Source: Rhizobium sp. Q54 (lineage in GTDB: Bacteria; Pseudomonadota; Alphaproteobacteria; UBA828). From it: a DNA stretch of 64,000 nucleotides. The position numbers were made by a program, and so were the translations under genes. Numbering within the stretch: position 1 is the stretch's first letter; each line of letters opens with the position of its first letter. The stretch spans positions 54,860 to 118,859 of the forward strand of contig CAMDDO010000001.1 in assembly GCA_945892755.1 (NCBI GenBank), read 5' to 3'. Positions 19,764 through 32,605 of the stretch are shown piece by piece. The notes under the pieces were generated by a model. It had not been told where the DNA came from and did no database searches. It worked only from the letters and a program-made list of their open reading frames with translations.

Positions 19764-21044
19764 TCAACCGTGCTCGGCCAAGACCGTGCCGATCAAATAG
19801 AGCGAGCCGCAGATCAGCACGCGCCTTGGCCCCTTTTGTTCCAGCCGGCCGAGCGCCGCTTTTATATCTGGCGCGCACTCAGCCGCGATCCCGAGGGAAA
19901 GGGCCGTGCTGGCGACGGCCTCGGCGGGCAGGCTATTGGCCTCGCCCGGTATGGCGACCGCGACCAGGCGCCTGATATGAGGCGCGAGTGGCTTGAGGAA
20001 ACCGTCGACCGTCTTGGTGTTGAGCATGCCGACAATGAGGTCGAGTGGTCGATCGGCGAACATCGTGTTTGCCGTGCGCGCCAAGGCCTCGCCCGCCGAG
20101 GCATTGTGCCCGCCATCGATCCAGAGCTCGATCTCCTTTGGCTGGGCATCGATCAAAGGCCCGCGCGTGAGACGCTGTAGGCGGCCGGGCCAGCGCGCCT
20201 GGGTCAAACCGTCGGCGATCGCCCTGTCCGACACCGCGAAGCGGGTCAGCGCCTTGGCGCAGGCGATCGCGGTTCCGGCATTGTCGATCTGGTGCGGACC
20301 TAAAAGCACGGGCAAAGGAAACTCGCGGTGGGCGCCGAGCGCATCGAACATCAATAGGTCGTTGTCTTGTTGCGCGTTCCATTCAATGCCGTGGCGCAAG
20401 AGCGGCACGCCAAGGGCCGCCGCGCGTGCCTCGATCACCCGTGCCGCTTCCGGATCTTGGGGTCCGATTACGGCGGTGACGCCCGGCTTTAGGATCCCCG
20501 CCTTCTCGCCCGCGATCGCCGCGATGCTATCGCCCAGATAGTGCATGTGATCCATCGAGACCGGCGTGATCGCGGTGAGCACAGGCTTTGCGATCACGTT
20601 GGTCGCATCGAGCCGGCCGCCGAGCCCAACTTCGAGGATCAGCGCCTCGGCCGGGCGGCGCGCGAAGGCAACAAAGGCCGCGGCCGTGGTGATTTCAAAA
20701 AAGGTGACCGGTGCGTTTTGGTTTGCCCGCTCGCATTCTTCGAGCACGGCAACCAGTTCACTCTCCTCAATTGGCACGCCATCGAAGCGGATGCGCTCGG
20801 CAAAACGCACCAAGTGCGGCGAGATATAGGACTGCACGCGCAGGCCCTCGGCGCGGAGCATCGCGTCGAGATAGGCGACCAGACTGCCCTTGCCGTTGGT
20901 GCCAGCGATATGGATGACCGGCGCGACACGACGTTCCGGATTGCCGAGCGCTCCCAGCAATCGCTCGATACGGCCGAGCGAGAGGTCGATCGCCTTTGGG
21001 TGCAGCGCCTTCAGGCGTTCGAGGATCGGATCGCTGGCGGCCAC
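19764..21044 (-). CDS. folC: Folylpolyglutamate/dihydrofolate synthase
   Basis: AGTNGKGS, SPHL, FFEITT, EVGLGGRLDATN, WPGRLQ, DGGHN, GSLYL. Confidence 0.96.
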   Translation of the reverse strand: MAASDPILERLKALHPKAIDLSLGRIERLLGALGNPERRVAPVIHIAGTNGKGSLVAYLDAMLRAEGLRVQSYISPHLVRFAERIRFDGVPIEESELVAVLEECERANQNAPVTFFEITTAAAFVAFARRPAEALILEVGLGGRLDATNVIAKPVLTAITPVSMDHMHYLGDSIAAIAGEKAGILKPGVTAVIGPQDPEAARVIEARAAALGVPLLRHGIEWNAQQDNDLLMFDALGAHREFPLPVLLGPHQIDNAGTAIACAKALTRFAVSDRAIADGLTQARWPGRLQRLTRGPLIDAQPKEIELWIDGGHNASAGEALARTANTMFADRPLDLIVGMLNTKTVDGFLKPLAPHIRRLVAVAIPGEANSLPAEAVASTALSLGIAAECAPDIKAALGRLEQKGPRRVLICGSLYLIGTVLAEHG

Positions 21045-21050
21045 TTAGAG

Positions 21051-21965
21051 TCAGGCGCGGGGCTGGGCTGGGATGTCGAGCCCGGTGCGCGGATAAGCCA
21101 CCACATCGGCACTGCGTGGCGCCGTCATCAAGAGATCGATCACGCGCGTCAAGGTTTCGCGCAGCTTGTGCCGGTGCACCACCATGTCGAGCATGCCGTG
21201 GTCGAGCAAATATTCGGCTTTTTGGAACCCGGCCGGCAATTGCTGGCGAATGGTCTCCTCGATCACGCGCGCGCCGGCGAAGCCGATCATCGCGCCGGGT
21301 TCCGCGATCGCGATATCGCCGATCATGGCGAATGAGGCGGTGACGCCGCCCGTGGTCGGGTCGGTCAGCACAACGATGTAAGGCAGGCCGGCCTCGCGCA
21401 GTTCTTCGATCGCAACCGTGGTGCGCGCCATCTGCACCAGCGAGAGCACGCCCTCTTGCATGCGCGCGCCGCCCGACGCGGGGATGACGATGAGCGGCGC
21501 TTCCTGCAGCGTGGCGAGGCGCGCTGCCGCGACCAGCGCTTCGCCCACCGCCATGCCCATCGAACCGCCCATGAAGCTGAACTCAGACGCGGCGATCACC
21601 GTTTGATGGCCGCCCAATTTGCCGTGCGCGACGATGATCGCGTCCGCAAGCGTGCTCGCGCCCTGCGCCTCGCGCAGACGATCGGGATAGCGCTTGCGGT
21701 CGCGGAAGCGGAGCGGATCGACCGGCACCGCCGGCAGCTCGATGGTTTGAAAGGCGCCGTCGTCGAACAACTGCGACAGCCGCGTCCGCGCATCGATCCG
21801 CATGTGGTGGCCGCAATGCGGGCAGACGCGCATCTGCGCTTCAAGTTCACGATGGAAGATCATTTGTTCGCAAGCCGGGCACTTTTCCCAGAGCTTTTCC
21901 GGAATGTCGTCTTTGCGAAACAGCGCGCGGACCTTGGGCCGCGCGAACCGTTCGAGCCAGCTCAT
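21051..21965 (-). CDS. accD: Acetyl-CoA carboxylase carboxyltransferase beta subunit
   Basis: Zn finger [35 protein letters not shown]. Confidence 0.96.
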   Translation of the reverse strand: MSWLERFARPKVRALFRKDDIPEKLWEKCPACEQMIFHRELEAQMRVCPHCGHHMRIDARTRLSQLFDDGAFQTIELPAVPVDPLRFRDRKRYPDRLREAQGASTLADAIIVAHGKLGGHQTVIAASEFSFMGGSMGMAVGEALVAAARLATLQEAPLIVIPASGGARMQEGVLSLVQMARTTVAIEELREAGLPYIVVLTDPTTGGVTASFAMIGDIAIAEPGAMIGFAGARVIEETIRQQLPAGFQKAEYLLDHGMLDMVVHRHKLRETLTRVIDLLMTAPRSADVVAYPRTGLDIPAQPRA

Positions 21966-22816
21966 CCGACCTCCTTCTTGCGCGCGGCCTTGACGCCGTC
22001 GCTCAAGCGCCGCACCAGATCGAGCACTGCCTTGGCCGTGCCTGCGCTGGTCCGGCCCTCGCCATCGAGGCTCGAGGCCAATGCCGAGACCAGCGCTGAG
22101 CCGACCACCGCGGCATCGGCCACGCGCGCCACCTCGGCCGCGTCGTCAGGCGTCTTGATGCCGAAGCCGACAGCGAGCGGCAGGTTCGTATGCCTTCTCA
22201 GCCGCGCGATCGCATCGCGCGTCGAGACCGCGCCGGCGCCCGCCGCGCCGGTGATGCCCGTGATCGAAACGTAATAGACGAAGCCCGTGGTGTGCGCCAG
22301 AACCGCCGGCAGGCGCTTGTCATCGGTCGTCGGCGTCGCCAGCCGAATGAAGCGGAGCCCCGCCTCGATCGCCGGCAGGCAAAGCTCATCGTCTTCCTCC
22401 GGCGGCAGGTCGACGACGATCACGCCATCAAGCCCGGCGCCGAGCGCGTCCTTGAGGAAGCGTTGCACGCCATAGATGTAGATCGGGTTGTAATAGCCCA
22501 TCAGCACGAGCGGCGTTTCCGAATCGGTCGCACGAAACCGGCGCACCAGATCGAGCGTTTTCTTCAGCGTGATGCCGGCCTTGAGCGCGCGCTGACCGGC
22601 CGCTTGGATCACCGGACCATCGGCCATCGGATCGGTGAACGGCGAGCCAATCTCGATCAGGTCGGCGCCCGCGGCGGGCAAGCCCTTCAGGATTTCGAAC
22701 GAGGTCTCGATCTCGGGGTCGCCCATCATCGTGAAGGTGATCAACCCTGCCCGACCCTCGCGCTTCAATTTGGCAAAGCGCCGCTCGATCCGGCCTTCCG
22801 TCCGATTTGCGCTCAC
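21962..22816 (-). CDS. trpA: Tryptophan synthase alpha chain
   Basis: [35 protein letters not shown]; GTG start overlaps the trpB stop. Confidence 0.96.
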   Translation of the reverse strand: MSANRTEGRIERRFAKLKREGRAGLITFTMMGDPEIETSFEILKGLPAAGADLIEIGSPFTDPMADGPVIQAAGQRALKAGITLKKTLDLVRRFRATDSETPLVLMGYYNPIYIYGVQRFLKDALGAGLDGVIVVDLPPEEDDELCLPAIEAGLRFIRLATPTTDDKRLPAVLAHTTGFVYYVSITGITGAAGAGAVSTRDAIARLRRHTNLPLAVGFGIKTPDDAAEVARVADAAVVGSALVSALASSLDGEGRTSAGTAKAVLDLVRRLSDGVKAARKKEVG

Positions 22817-24027
22817 AGACCGACCCCGAGCGCGTCGGCGACGGTGAAAATATCCTTGTCGCCGCGCCCGCACATGTTCATCACCATGAGGTGGCTCTTC
22901 GGCAGCGTCGGCGCGAGCTTGATCACATGGCCGAGCGCGTGCGCCGGCTCGAGCGCCGGGAGTATCCCTTCGAGCCGCGCGCACAGCTTGAAGGCCTCAA
23001 GCGCCTCGGTGTCGCTGATCGGCACATAGGTGACGCGCCCGCTATCCTTGAGCCAGGCGTGCTCGGGGCCAATGCCCGGATAATCGAGCCCTGCCGAGAT
23101 CGAGTGCGCCTCCGTCACCTGGCCATCATCATCCTGAAGTAAATAGGTGCGGTTGCCATGCAGCACACCGGGCGAGCCGGCGGTCAACGAGGCGGCGTGC
23201 TGCCCGGTCTCGATGCCGTGTCCGGCCGCCTCGACGCCATACATCTTGATTCCCGGATCGTCGAGAAAAGGATGGAACAAGCCAATCGCGTTAGAACCGC
23301 CGCCGACGCAGGCGACCAATGAGTCTGGCAGCCGGCGCTCCGCCTTCATGATCTGCTCGCGCGTCTCGCGCCCGATCACGGATTGAAAGTCACGCACCAT
23401 GGCGGGATAAGGGTGCGGACCGGCGACCGTGCCAATCAAATAATAGGTTGAGTCAACATTTGTCACCCAATCGCGCAGCGCCTCATTCATCGCATCTTTG
23501 AGTGTGCGTGAGCCCGATTTGACCGGCACGACTTCCGCGCCGAGCAATTTCATGCGGAACACGTTCGGCTTTTGGCGCTCGATATCGACCGCGCCCATAT
23601 AGACGACGCAGGGCAGCCCCATCAGCGCGCACACCGTCGCGGTCGCGACGCCGTGCTGGCCGGCGCCCGTCTCGGCGATGATGCGCGTCTTGCCCATCCG
23701 CTTGGCCATCAGGATCTGGCCCATGCAGTTGTTGATCTTGTGCGCACCGGTATGGTTGAGCTCGTCGCGCTTGAAATAGATTTTGGCGCCGCCGAGGTGC
23801 CGCGTCAGCCGCTCGGCGAAATAGAGCGGGCTCGGCCGGCCGACATAGAATTCGAGCCAATAGTCGAGCTCGGCCTGAAACGCGAGATCCGTCCTTGCCT
23901 TGGCATAGGCCGTTTCGAGATCGAGGATCAGCGGCATCAAAGTCTCGGCGACAAAGCGCCCGCCATAGATGCCGAAATGGCCGCGCTCGTCCGGCCCCGC
24001 GCGATAGCTATTGATGGCCGTATTCAT
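22813..24027 (-). CDS. trpB: Tryptophan synthase beta chain
   Basis: HTGAHKINN (PLP Lys), [28 protein letters not shown]. Confidence 0.97.
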   Translation of the reverse strand: MNTAINSYRAGPDERGHFGIYGGRFVAETLMPLILDLETAYAKARTDLAFQAELDYWLEFYVGRPSPLYFAERLTRHLGGAKIYFKRDELNHTGAHKINNCMGQILMAKRMGKTRIIAETGAGQHGVATATVCALMGLPCVVYMGAVDIERQKPNVFRMKLLGAEVVPVKSGSRTLKDAMNEALRDWVTNVDSTYYLIGTVAGPHPYPAMVRDFQSVIGRETREQIMKAERRLPDSLVACVGGGSNAIGLFHPFLDDPGIKMYGVEAAGHGIETGQHAASLTAGSPGVLHGNRTYLLQDDDGQVTEAHSISAGLDYPGIGPEHAWLKDSGRVTYVPISDTEALEAFKLCARLEGILPALEPAHALGHVIKLAPTLPKSHLMVMNMCGRGDKDIFTVADALGVGL

Positions 24028-24041
24028 TTCGGTCTCTCGCT

Positions 24042-24695
24042 TCAGGCCGCGCCCGCGGCCTTGAGAAAGGCACGGATCGCGCCCGGATCCTTGTGGCCGG
24101 GTGCGTTCTCGACGCCCGATGATACGTCGACCGCGCCCGCTCCGGTAATTCGAATCGCCTCGCCGACGTTCTCGGCACTCAGCCCGCCCGAGAGAATCCA
24201 GCCCTCGCGCCCTTTCGCGGCGTGGCCCGAAAGCAACGTCCAGTCGAACGCGATGGCATTGCCGCCCGGCAGACCGAGGCCCTGACCGCTCGGAACCTTG
24301 GCATCGTATAGCAACCAATCGGCGGTCGCGGCGAAGCTCGCGGCGGCGGCGACATCTTCCGCGCGCGCGACCTTGATCGCCTTGATCACCCGCTTGCCGG
24401 TCAGCGCACGCACTGCCTCGATCCGGCCGACGTCTTCATTGCCGTGCAACTGAATCAGATCGAGCGGCACGCGCGCCAATGTGGCGAGCAGGTCGTCGTC
24501 GCGCGGATCGACAAACACGCCGACCCGCTCGACCCTGGCCGGCACCGCGCGAGCCAGTGTGCCGGCGGCATCATGCGAGAGGGAACGCGGCGAAGGCGGA
24601 TAGAAGACCATGCCGACGAAGCGCGCGCCGCCTCCCAGCGCCGCATCAAGCGCGGGCCGATCGGTAATGCCGCAAATCTTGACCGAGACGCCCAC
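24042..24695 (-). CDS. trpF: Phosphoribosylanthranilate isomerase
   Basis: [31 protein letters not shown]. Confidence 0.96.
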   Translation of the reverse strand: MGVSVKICGITDRPALDAALGGGARFVGMVFYPPSPRSLSHDAAGTLARAVPARVERVGVFVDPRDDDLLATLARVPLDLIQLHGNEDVGRIEAVRALTGKRVIKAIKVARAEDVAAAASFAATADWLLYDAKVPSGQGLGLPGGNAIAFDWTLLSGHAAKGREGWILSGGLSAENVGEAIRITGAGAVDVSSGVENAPGHKDPGAIRAFLKAAGAA

Positions 24696-24706
24696 GAACG
24701 ATTGTC

Positions 24707-25450
24707 CTAGGTATGGCTCGACACGGGGGCGGCGGCGCGGGCCGTGGCGGCGACCATCTCATCCACGATGCGCCGCGCCGCGGCCGCCGGGTCGAACGCC
24801 TGCGTAATCGGTCGCCCGACGACCAGATAGTCGGCACCGCCGCGCACTGCATCGCCCGGCGTCACGATGCGCTTTTGATCGTCGCTCGCCGACCAGACCG
24901 GGCGGATCGCCGGCACGACCAACAGAAAATCGTCGCCGAGCTCGGCACGCAGACGCGGTAGTTCATCGGCCGTGGTCCATACGCCATCGAGGCCGCAGGT
25001 TCGCGCGAGTGCGGCGAGCCTGAGCGTTTGCTCGCGCAATGAACTGGCGACACCGACGGCACCAAGTTCTGCCTCGTCCATCGTCGTGAGCACGGTCACC
25101 GCGAACAATTTCGGTCGCATGAAACCGCCCACCTGAGCAGCGGCGTGCGCCGCCGCGGCCGCCGCGCGCATCATCGGGGCGCCACCGCTGGCATGAACCG
25201 TGATCGCGAACGGCCGCGCCACCGCTGCGCGCCGTACCGTATCCGAGACGACGCGCGGCAAGCCGTTCAACTTCATATCGGCGATGATCGGCAGGCCAAG
25301 CGCCTGGAACGGCTCGAGCCCGCGAAGGCCATTGAGGAAGAGATACTCGGTGCCGAGCTTGATGCCGCCGACCGCGCCCTTGAGCCGGCCAGCGAGCTCG
25401 ACGGCATGCTCGGGGTCAACCCAGTCGAGCGAGCAGAACAGACGGTTCAT
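24707..25450 (-). CDS. pyrF: Orotidine-5'-phosphate decarboxylase homolog with altered active-site motif
   Basis: SLD, IKLG, TVHASGG, VTVLT, IRP, DDQKR, VVGRPI and canonical position before trpF; motif reads DMKLNGLPRV instead of DxKxHDIPNT. Confidence 0.8.
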   Translation of the reverse strand: MNRLFCSLDWVDPEHAVELAGRLKGAVGGIKLGTEYLFLNGLRGLEPFQALGLPIIADMKLNGLPRVVSDTVRRAAVARPFAITVHASGGAPMMRAAAAAAHAAAQVGGFMRPKLFAVTVLTTMDEAELGAVGVASSLREQTLRLAALARTCGLDGVWTTADELPRLRAELGDDFLLVVPAIRPVWSASDDQKRIVTPGDAVRGGADYLVVGRPITQAFDPAAAARRIVDEMVAATARAAAPVSSHT

Positions 25451-25451
25451 C

Positions 25452-25811
25452 TTATGCCGCGTCCTTGGTCGGCCCGCCCGGCAGCGAGCGACCGCCGCGC
25501 GCGGCTGACGCGCCGGCCCCGCGCAACCGGTCGCGCTCTCCACGAAGCTCGGCGATCTCGCGTTCAAGAGCCCGAACGCGATGCTGGCGCTCCCGCGCGA
25601 TGCGGCGATGAGGCGTGCCGGCCAGCATCTTGGCAAGCGCGCCGGCGAGCAGGCCGACCGCGAGCGCGGCAAGCCCCAGCGCGAACAAGGGCACATCGAG
25701 CGTGAAAGGCAGCGGCGCGAACGAGATCGTAACGCCACCGCGGTTCGCGACCGAAAAGGCGACGAGCATGAGCGCGGCCACCGCCGCGACGATCCATCCG
25801 ACAATGCGCAC
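25452..25811 (-). CDS. lapA: LapA-family membrane protein
   Basis: Two TM segments with FSVANR, coiled-coil C-terminus; between ihfB and pyrF. Confidence 0.7.
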   Translation of the reverse strand: MRIVGWIVAAVAALMLVAFSVANRGGVTISFAPLPFTLDVPLFALGLAALAVGLLAGALAKMLAGTPHRRIARERQHRVRALEREIAELRGERDRLRGAGASAARGGRSLPGGPTKDAA

Positions 25812-25853
25812 TACGACCTTGCTCCGCTAACTGGCGCCACCATGACCGGGCGC

Positions 25854-26141
25854 TCAGCCGCCATTGACGCGGTCGCGCAGCTCCTTCCCGGTCTTGAAGA
25901 ACGGCAGACGCTTTTGGCCGACCTGCACGGCCGCGCCGGTGCGTGGATTGCGCCCGACGCGGGCATCCCGCTCGCGGACCGAAAACGCGCCGAAGCCGCG
26001 CAGTTCGACCCGATCGCCGCGGGCGAGCGCCACCGTGATTTCCTCGAAAATCTTGTTCACGACCCGCTCATAGTCGCGGTGGTAGAGTCGTGGGTCCGGA
26101 TACATTTCGGCAAGGCGTTGGATGAGTTCTGATTTGGTCAT
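25854..26141 (-). CDS. ihfB: Integration host factor beta subunit
   Basis: [33 protein letters not shown]. Confidence 0.95.
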   Translation of the reverse strand: MTKSELIQRLAEMYPDPRLYHRDYERVVNKIFEEITVALARGDRVELRGFGAFSVRERDARVGRNPRTGAAVQVGQKRLPFFKTGKELRDRVNGG

Positions 26142-26206
26142 CGGTCTGGCTGCCCCGCGGGCCCGCGCCCAGCGCGCCAATGCCCTGTTCTGGTTGAATT
26201 ATTCGA

Positions 26207-27130
26207 TCACTTCCCAGGCTGAGCCTGCCAAAGCGAAACGAGACCGTCAAGCCTGAGCCGTGCCGGCACGATCGCCTCGCCGAGCCGCGAGCCAAGAGAA
26301 TCCAACCAATCCTCCTCGATTCCCTCGCGCCTGAGCTCACGCAAAGGCAGCTCGGCGGACACCGCCGCGCCGGTTTCGAGCCATTTGCGGGCTTCGGGCT
26401 CACCCCCGATCGCATCGATCAGGCCGGCTGCCTCGGCCTGGCGGCCGGTGAAGATGCGGCCGTCCGCGAGCGTGAGCACGGCCTCGCGCGGCAGCCTGCG
26501 CCGCTCGGCCACCAAATCGACGAACATGCCATAGGTGTCGTCGATCACCGCCTTGGTTGCCACGCGCGCCTCGTCGGTCAGCGGCTCGAACGGCGAGGGC
26601 TGCGCCTTCAGGGGCGTGCTCTTGATCGCCTCGGCATTGATACCGAGATCGGCGAGCAGCTCGGTCAGCTCGGCGGTCTGCAAGATCACCCCGATCGAAC
26701 CGGTAATGCTCGAGATGCGCGCAAGCAGGTGGTCGGCGGCGAGCGCCACCATATAGGCGGCCGAGGTAGCGGTGGTGCCCATGACCGCGACCACCGGCTT
26801 CTTTTCGGCGACGCGGCGCAATGCGAGATAGGTCGATTCTCCACCGGTCGCGGTGCCACCCGGACTATCGATCCTGACGATTACCGCCTTCACGGACGAA
26901 TCATCGGCGATTTCGTCGAGCGCGGTCTCAAGCTTGGGGTCGTCGAGCACGATGCCATCGAGCCAGAGCCGAACCACGTGGTCGCGCGGCACGCCGTCGA
27001 AACCGAAGCGGCCCACCGCGACAATCGCGAGCGCGACGAGGGCCACGATTCCAAGCGTGCGCCAAATGATGACGCCGCGCTTGAGGCGGCGCCGCTCAAT
27101 CAGACGATCGGGATCGAAGGCCATGATCAC
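26207..27130 (-). CDS. sppA: Signal peptide peptidase SppA (short form)
   Basis: N-terminal TM, IDSPGG, ATSAAY, TGSIGV, DGRIFTG. Confidence 0.92.
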   Translation of the reverse strand: MIMAFDPDRLIERRRLKRGVIIWRTLGIVALVALAIVAVGRFGFDGVPRDHVVRLWLDGIVLDDPKLETALDEIADDSSVKAVIVRIDSPGGTATGGESTYLALRRVAEKKPVVAVMGTTATSAAYMVALAADHLLARISSITGSIGVILQTAELTELLADLGINAEAIKSTPLKAQPSPFEPLTDEARVATKAVIDDTYGMFVDLVAERRRLPREAVLTLADGRIFTGRQAEAAGLIDAIGGEPEARKWLETGAAVSAELPLRELRREGIEEDWLDSLGSRLGEAIVPARLRLDGLVSLWQAQPGK

Positions 27131-27216
27131 CGCCCCTGCGGCCGGACACGGGACCGACCGCCTAGATCGCGCGCGGCCCGCCCGGCTTTACGCGGCCGGG
27201 CAGGCGCCGGCCGTGT

Positions 27217-28932
27217 TCAGCTGCCGTCGCTTTTTTGCTCTTTCTTGCGGCTCAGCGCGGCGCCGAGAATATCGCCGAGGCTCGCGCCGCTGTCGGCGGA
27301 ACCGAAATCCGCCATCGCCTGCTTTTCCTCTTCGACCTCAAGCGCCTTGATCGAGAGCTGGGCGCGCCGCCCGCCGCGCTCGATCGTCATGATCTTGGCG
27401 TCGAGCTTGTTGCCGACCGCAAAGCGATCGGGACGCTGCTCGCCGCGCTCCCGCGCTAGGTCGGCGCGCCGGATGAAACCCATCATGCCGTCGAGGAAGC
27501 TGACCTCGATTCCGCCATCGGTCACCGCCGTCACCGTGCAGGTCACGGTCTCGCCCTTGCGCGAGTCGAGACCGCGCATCGGATCGTCGGAGAGTTGCTT
27601 GATGCCGAGCCCGATGCGCTCCTTCTCGGTGTCGATCGAGGTCACCTTGGCCTTGATCACGTCGCCTTTCTTGTAGCGCTGAATCGCTTCCTCGCCGGCG
27701 ACCTGCCAATCGATATCGGACATGTGGACCATGCCGAAGATCTCGCCCGGCAATTCGACGAACAGGCCGAATTCGGTGATGTTCTTGATCTCGCCCTGGA
27801 CCTCGCTGCCCTCGGGCTGTTTATCGGCGAAGCTCTGCCATGGATTGGGCATGCACTGCTTGAGACCGAGGCTGATGCGCCGCTTTTCGGGATCGACATC
27901 CAAGACCATGACCTCGACTTCCTGGCTGGTCGAGACGATCTTGCCAGGATGCACGTTCTTCTTGGTCCAGCTCATTTCCGAGACGTGCACCAGGCCCTCG
28001 ACGCCGGCCTCGAGCTCGACGAATGCGCCATAGTCGGTGATGTTGGTCACGCGACCCGTGAGCTTCATGTTGGCCGGGTATTTGGCGACCACGCCCTGCC
28101 ACGGATCGGCCTCGAGCTGCTTCATGCCAAGGCTGATGCGCTGGGTCTCGGGATTGAACCGGATGACTTGAACCTTGACCGGTTGGCTGATGTGGAGCGC
28201 TTCGGATGGATGGTTGATGCGCTTCCACGAAATGTCGGTGACGTGGAGCAGACCATCGACGCCGCCAAGATCGACGAACGCGCCGTAATCGGTGATGTTC
28301 TTGACGATGCCTTCGAGGATCTGGCCTTCGTGCAGATCGGCAATCAATTGGGTGCGCTGTTCGGCGCGCGTGTCCTCAAGCACCGCGCGACGCGAGACCA
28401 CGATGTTGCCGCGCCGGCGATCCATTTTGAGAATCTGGAATTGCTGCTCGGTGCCAAGCAAGGGCGTGACGTCGCGCATCGGCCGGATATCGACCTGGCT
28501 GCCCGGCAGGAACGCAACCGCACCACCGAGATCGACCGTGAAGCCGCCTTTGACGCGGCCGAACAAGACACCGGAGACGCGTTCGTTGTTCTTGTAACCC
28601 TGCTCGAGCTTCTCCCAAGCTTCCTCGCGCCGCGCGCGTTCGCGTGACAACGAGGCCTCGCCGCGCTTGGTCTCGATGCGATCGATGAAGACCTCGACGG
28701 TATCGCCCACTTTCAACTCGGCGGTCTGACCCGGCGCGCTGAATTCCCTGAGCGGTACGCGGCCTTCGACCTTGAGCCCGACGTCGATCACCGCGGCGTC
28801 ATTCTCGATCGCGATGATGCGGCCCTTGACGACGCCGCCTTCGAAGCGCGGCTTGTCGCTAACAAATTCATCGAGCAGGTCCGCGAACCGCTCCTTGCGC
28901 GGCGATGCCGCGGTCATGGTCTCAGTCGTCAT
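27217..28932 (-). CDS. rpsA: 30S ribosomal protein S1
   Basis: Tandem S1 domains (NITDYGAFV, GLLHVTD, RISLG), AFLPGSQVD, ASLGDIL; GGAG RBS. Confidence 0.97.
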   Translation of the reverse strand: MTTETMTAASPRKERFADLLDEFVSDKPRFEGGVVKGRIIAIENDAAVIDVGLKVEGRVPLREFSAPGQTAELKVGDTVEVFIDRIETKRGEASLSRERARREEAWEKLEQGYKNNERVSGVLFGRVKGGFTVDLGGAVAFLPGSQVDIRPMRDVTPLLGTEQQFQILKMDRRRGNIVVSRRAVLEDTRAEQRTQLIADLHEGQILEGIVKNITDYGAFVDLGGVDGLLHVTDISWKRINHPSEALHISQPVKVQVIRFNPETQRISLGMKQLEADPWQGVVAKYPANMKLTGRVTNITDYGAFVELEAGVEGLVHVSEMSWTKKNVHPGKIVSTSQEVEVMVLDVDPEKRRISLGLKQCMPNPWQSFADKQPEGSEVQGEIKNITEFGLFVELPGEIFGMVHMSDIDWQVAGEEAIQRYKKGDVIKAKVTSIDTEKERIGLGIKQLSDDPMRGLDSRKGETVTCTVTAVTDGGIEVSFLDGMMGFIRRADLARERGEQRPDRFAVGNKLDAKIMTIERGGRRAQLSIKALEVEEEKQAMADFGSADSGASLGDILGAALSRKKEQKSDGS

Positions 28933-29080
28933 CACTTCTCCTGGTCGACGCCCGGAGAGATCCGGACGTGCGGCGCGTCTCGATGCGCCGCGGTTTGTTG
29001 TGAAACACCGCGGGCGCCGGACAGCGGCGCCCAATAGAAAACTCTAGTCTGCACGCTCCAACCGGCGAGCGTGTGGACGG

Positions 29081-29716
29081 TCATCCGCCCTTCGAGTCGA
29101 TAAAGCCAACCGCCCGATGGAAGACCTCGTCCGGGCCGAGGTCGGTGGTATCGATCACCAGCGCGTCATCGGCCGGCTTCAGCGGAGCGACCTCGCGACT
29201 ACCGTCTCGCGCGTCACGTTCCGCCATTTCCTCAAGAACGCGGGATTCTATAGCCTTGTTGCCCTTTTCCCGCAACTGCTTCACGCGCCTGGTGGCGCGG
29301 ATTTCGAGGCTGGCGGTGACGAAAATCTTGGCCTCGGCGTCCGGAAACACGACCGTCCCGATATCGCGCCCATCGAGCACGGCACCCGGCGGGCTGCGCC
29401 CGTAGCGGCGTTGATAGTTAAGAAGTGCCGAACGAACCCCGGGATGGGCCGCGACGATCGACGCCGCCTGACTGACCCGCTCGCTACGCAAATCGGCCCG
29501 ATCCATGTCGTCGGGCTCGAGCGAAGCAGCGATTTCGGCCGCGACCACGGCATCGTTCGGGTCGAGCCCGGCGCCGAGCAGACGCGCCGCCACCGCCCGG
29601 TAAAGCTTGCCCGTGTCGAGGAAGCTGAGCCGGTAATGCGTGGCGAGGCGGCGCGCCAGCGTGCCCTTGCCTGACGCCGCCGGCCCGTCGACCGCGATCA
29701 CGCGTGCGCGCGCCAA
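29081..29716 (-). CDS. cmk: Cytidylate kinase
   Basis: AVDGPAASGKGT, LDTGKLYR, DGRDIGTVV. Confidence 0.96.
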   Translation of the reverse strand: MARARVIAVDGPAASGKGTLARRLATHYRLSFLDTGKLYRAVAARLLGAGLDPNDAVVAAEIAASLEPDDMDRADLRSERVSQAASIVAAHPGVRSALLNYQRRYGRSPPGAVLDGRDIGTVVFPDAEAKIFVTASLEIRATRRVKQLREKGNKAIESRVLEEMAERDARDGSREVAPLKPADDALVIDTTDLGPDEVFHRAVGFIDSKGG

Positions 29717-29723
29717 GGCTGGC

Positions 29724-31622
<1,899 letters not shown>

Positions 31623-31646
31623 CTAAACGGAGCGCGTGCCAGGCTC

Positions 31647-31675
31647 TTGCACCGCGTGGCACGCAACCCTATCGT
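31647..31675 (+). promoter_or_regulatory. Putative sigma70 promoter for tRNA-Ala
   Basis: TTGCAC-N17-TATCGT, 36 nt upstream of the tRNA. Confidence 0.45.
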
Positions 31676-31711
31676 CGAGTCTCGCGCGGTCCGCGCGTCC
31701 CAAATCTTTCC

Positions 31712-31787
<76 letters not shown>

Positions 31788-31792
31788 ATATA

Positions 31793-31828
31793 ATCAGGGG
31801 CTTAGCTGGAAACGGCTAAGCCCCTGAT
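31793..31828. terminator. Hairpin/terminator between tRNA and convergent dioxygenase gene
   Basis: 14-bp perfect stem ATCAGGGGCTTAGC / GCTAAGCCCCTGAT. Confidence 0.7.
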
Positions 31829-31848
31829 GGTTGATGGGCCAACCTCTC

Positions 31849-32505
31849 TCAGCTGGCCTCGACCACGATGTCGAAGTGGCCGGCACGCGCGCCCGGCTCA
31901 GTTCCGGGGGCCGGCTGGAAATCGACCAGGAGCCTGCGTTGCTCGTCGGGAGCGAGACGCGAGAACAGGCCGTCGCGCGCATTGCTAGGCGCGCCAACCA
32001 CATAAAGCTGCGTGACCAGGCGGTGAATTCCCACGGCGCTCACCATGACGTGGATGTGCGGCGTCCGCCCCGCATAGGGCACTGGCTGGATGGTTCGAAA
32101 GCGATAGCTGCCTTCGGCATCGGTGAGCGCTGCGCCGTAACCTTGGAATCCGGGATCGGGCAAGCCTTCTTGTTCGTCATCAATATGGTGATAGCGGCCA
32201 CCGAAATCGCATTGCCAAATTTCGATGAGCGCCCCGGCCCGCGGCGCACCATCGGTACCAAGCACCCGGCCCGAGACAAGCGCGATTTGCCCCAAGGCGT
32301 GAGGCTTTCCTGCAACCGACACGAGGTCAGCGTCAAGCTCGGGCGGCTTGGACGCCGGATAAAATGGCCCGGCCGGCTGCGCCGGTGTCGGCTCAAGCAC
32401 TTGGGCGGCGCTCGCGCGTCGGCCAAATCGCCCGAGCGCTAGGCTGGCGCCGCCGGCCAAAACGGCGCTGAAAAGATGACGCCGCGTCAAAGAGCGTGCG
32501 TGCAC
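31849..32505 (-). CDS. Intradiol ring-cleavage dioxygenase-like protein with Tat signal
   Basis: TRRHLF plus hydrophobic stretch and ASA; GPFYP, EIWQCD..GRY, FRTIQP.PY, RTPHIH. Confidence 0.85.
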   Translation of the reverse strand: MHARSLTRRHLFSAVLAGGASLALGRFGRRASAAQVLEPTPAQPAGPFYPASKPPELDADLVSVAGKPHALGQIALVSGRVLGTDGAPRAGALIEIWQCDFGGRYHHIDDEQEGLPDPGFQGYGAALTDAEGSYRFRTIQPVPYAGRTPHIHVMVSAVGIHRLVTQLYVVGAPSNARDGLFSRLAPDEQRRLLVDFQPAPGTEPGARAGHFDIVVEAS

Positions 32506-32605
32506 TCGCGGCCCCTTTTTATGCGGTGTCGCACTTCAGACTTAGCGCGACGGATTCGCCAATCCAATAGACACTCCCGCTGGATCGGCACAAGGTTTCT
32601 GGATA

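Noticed and set aside
27600-28350. Internal repeats in rpsA
   Set aside because: Ordinary tandem S1 domains.
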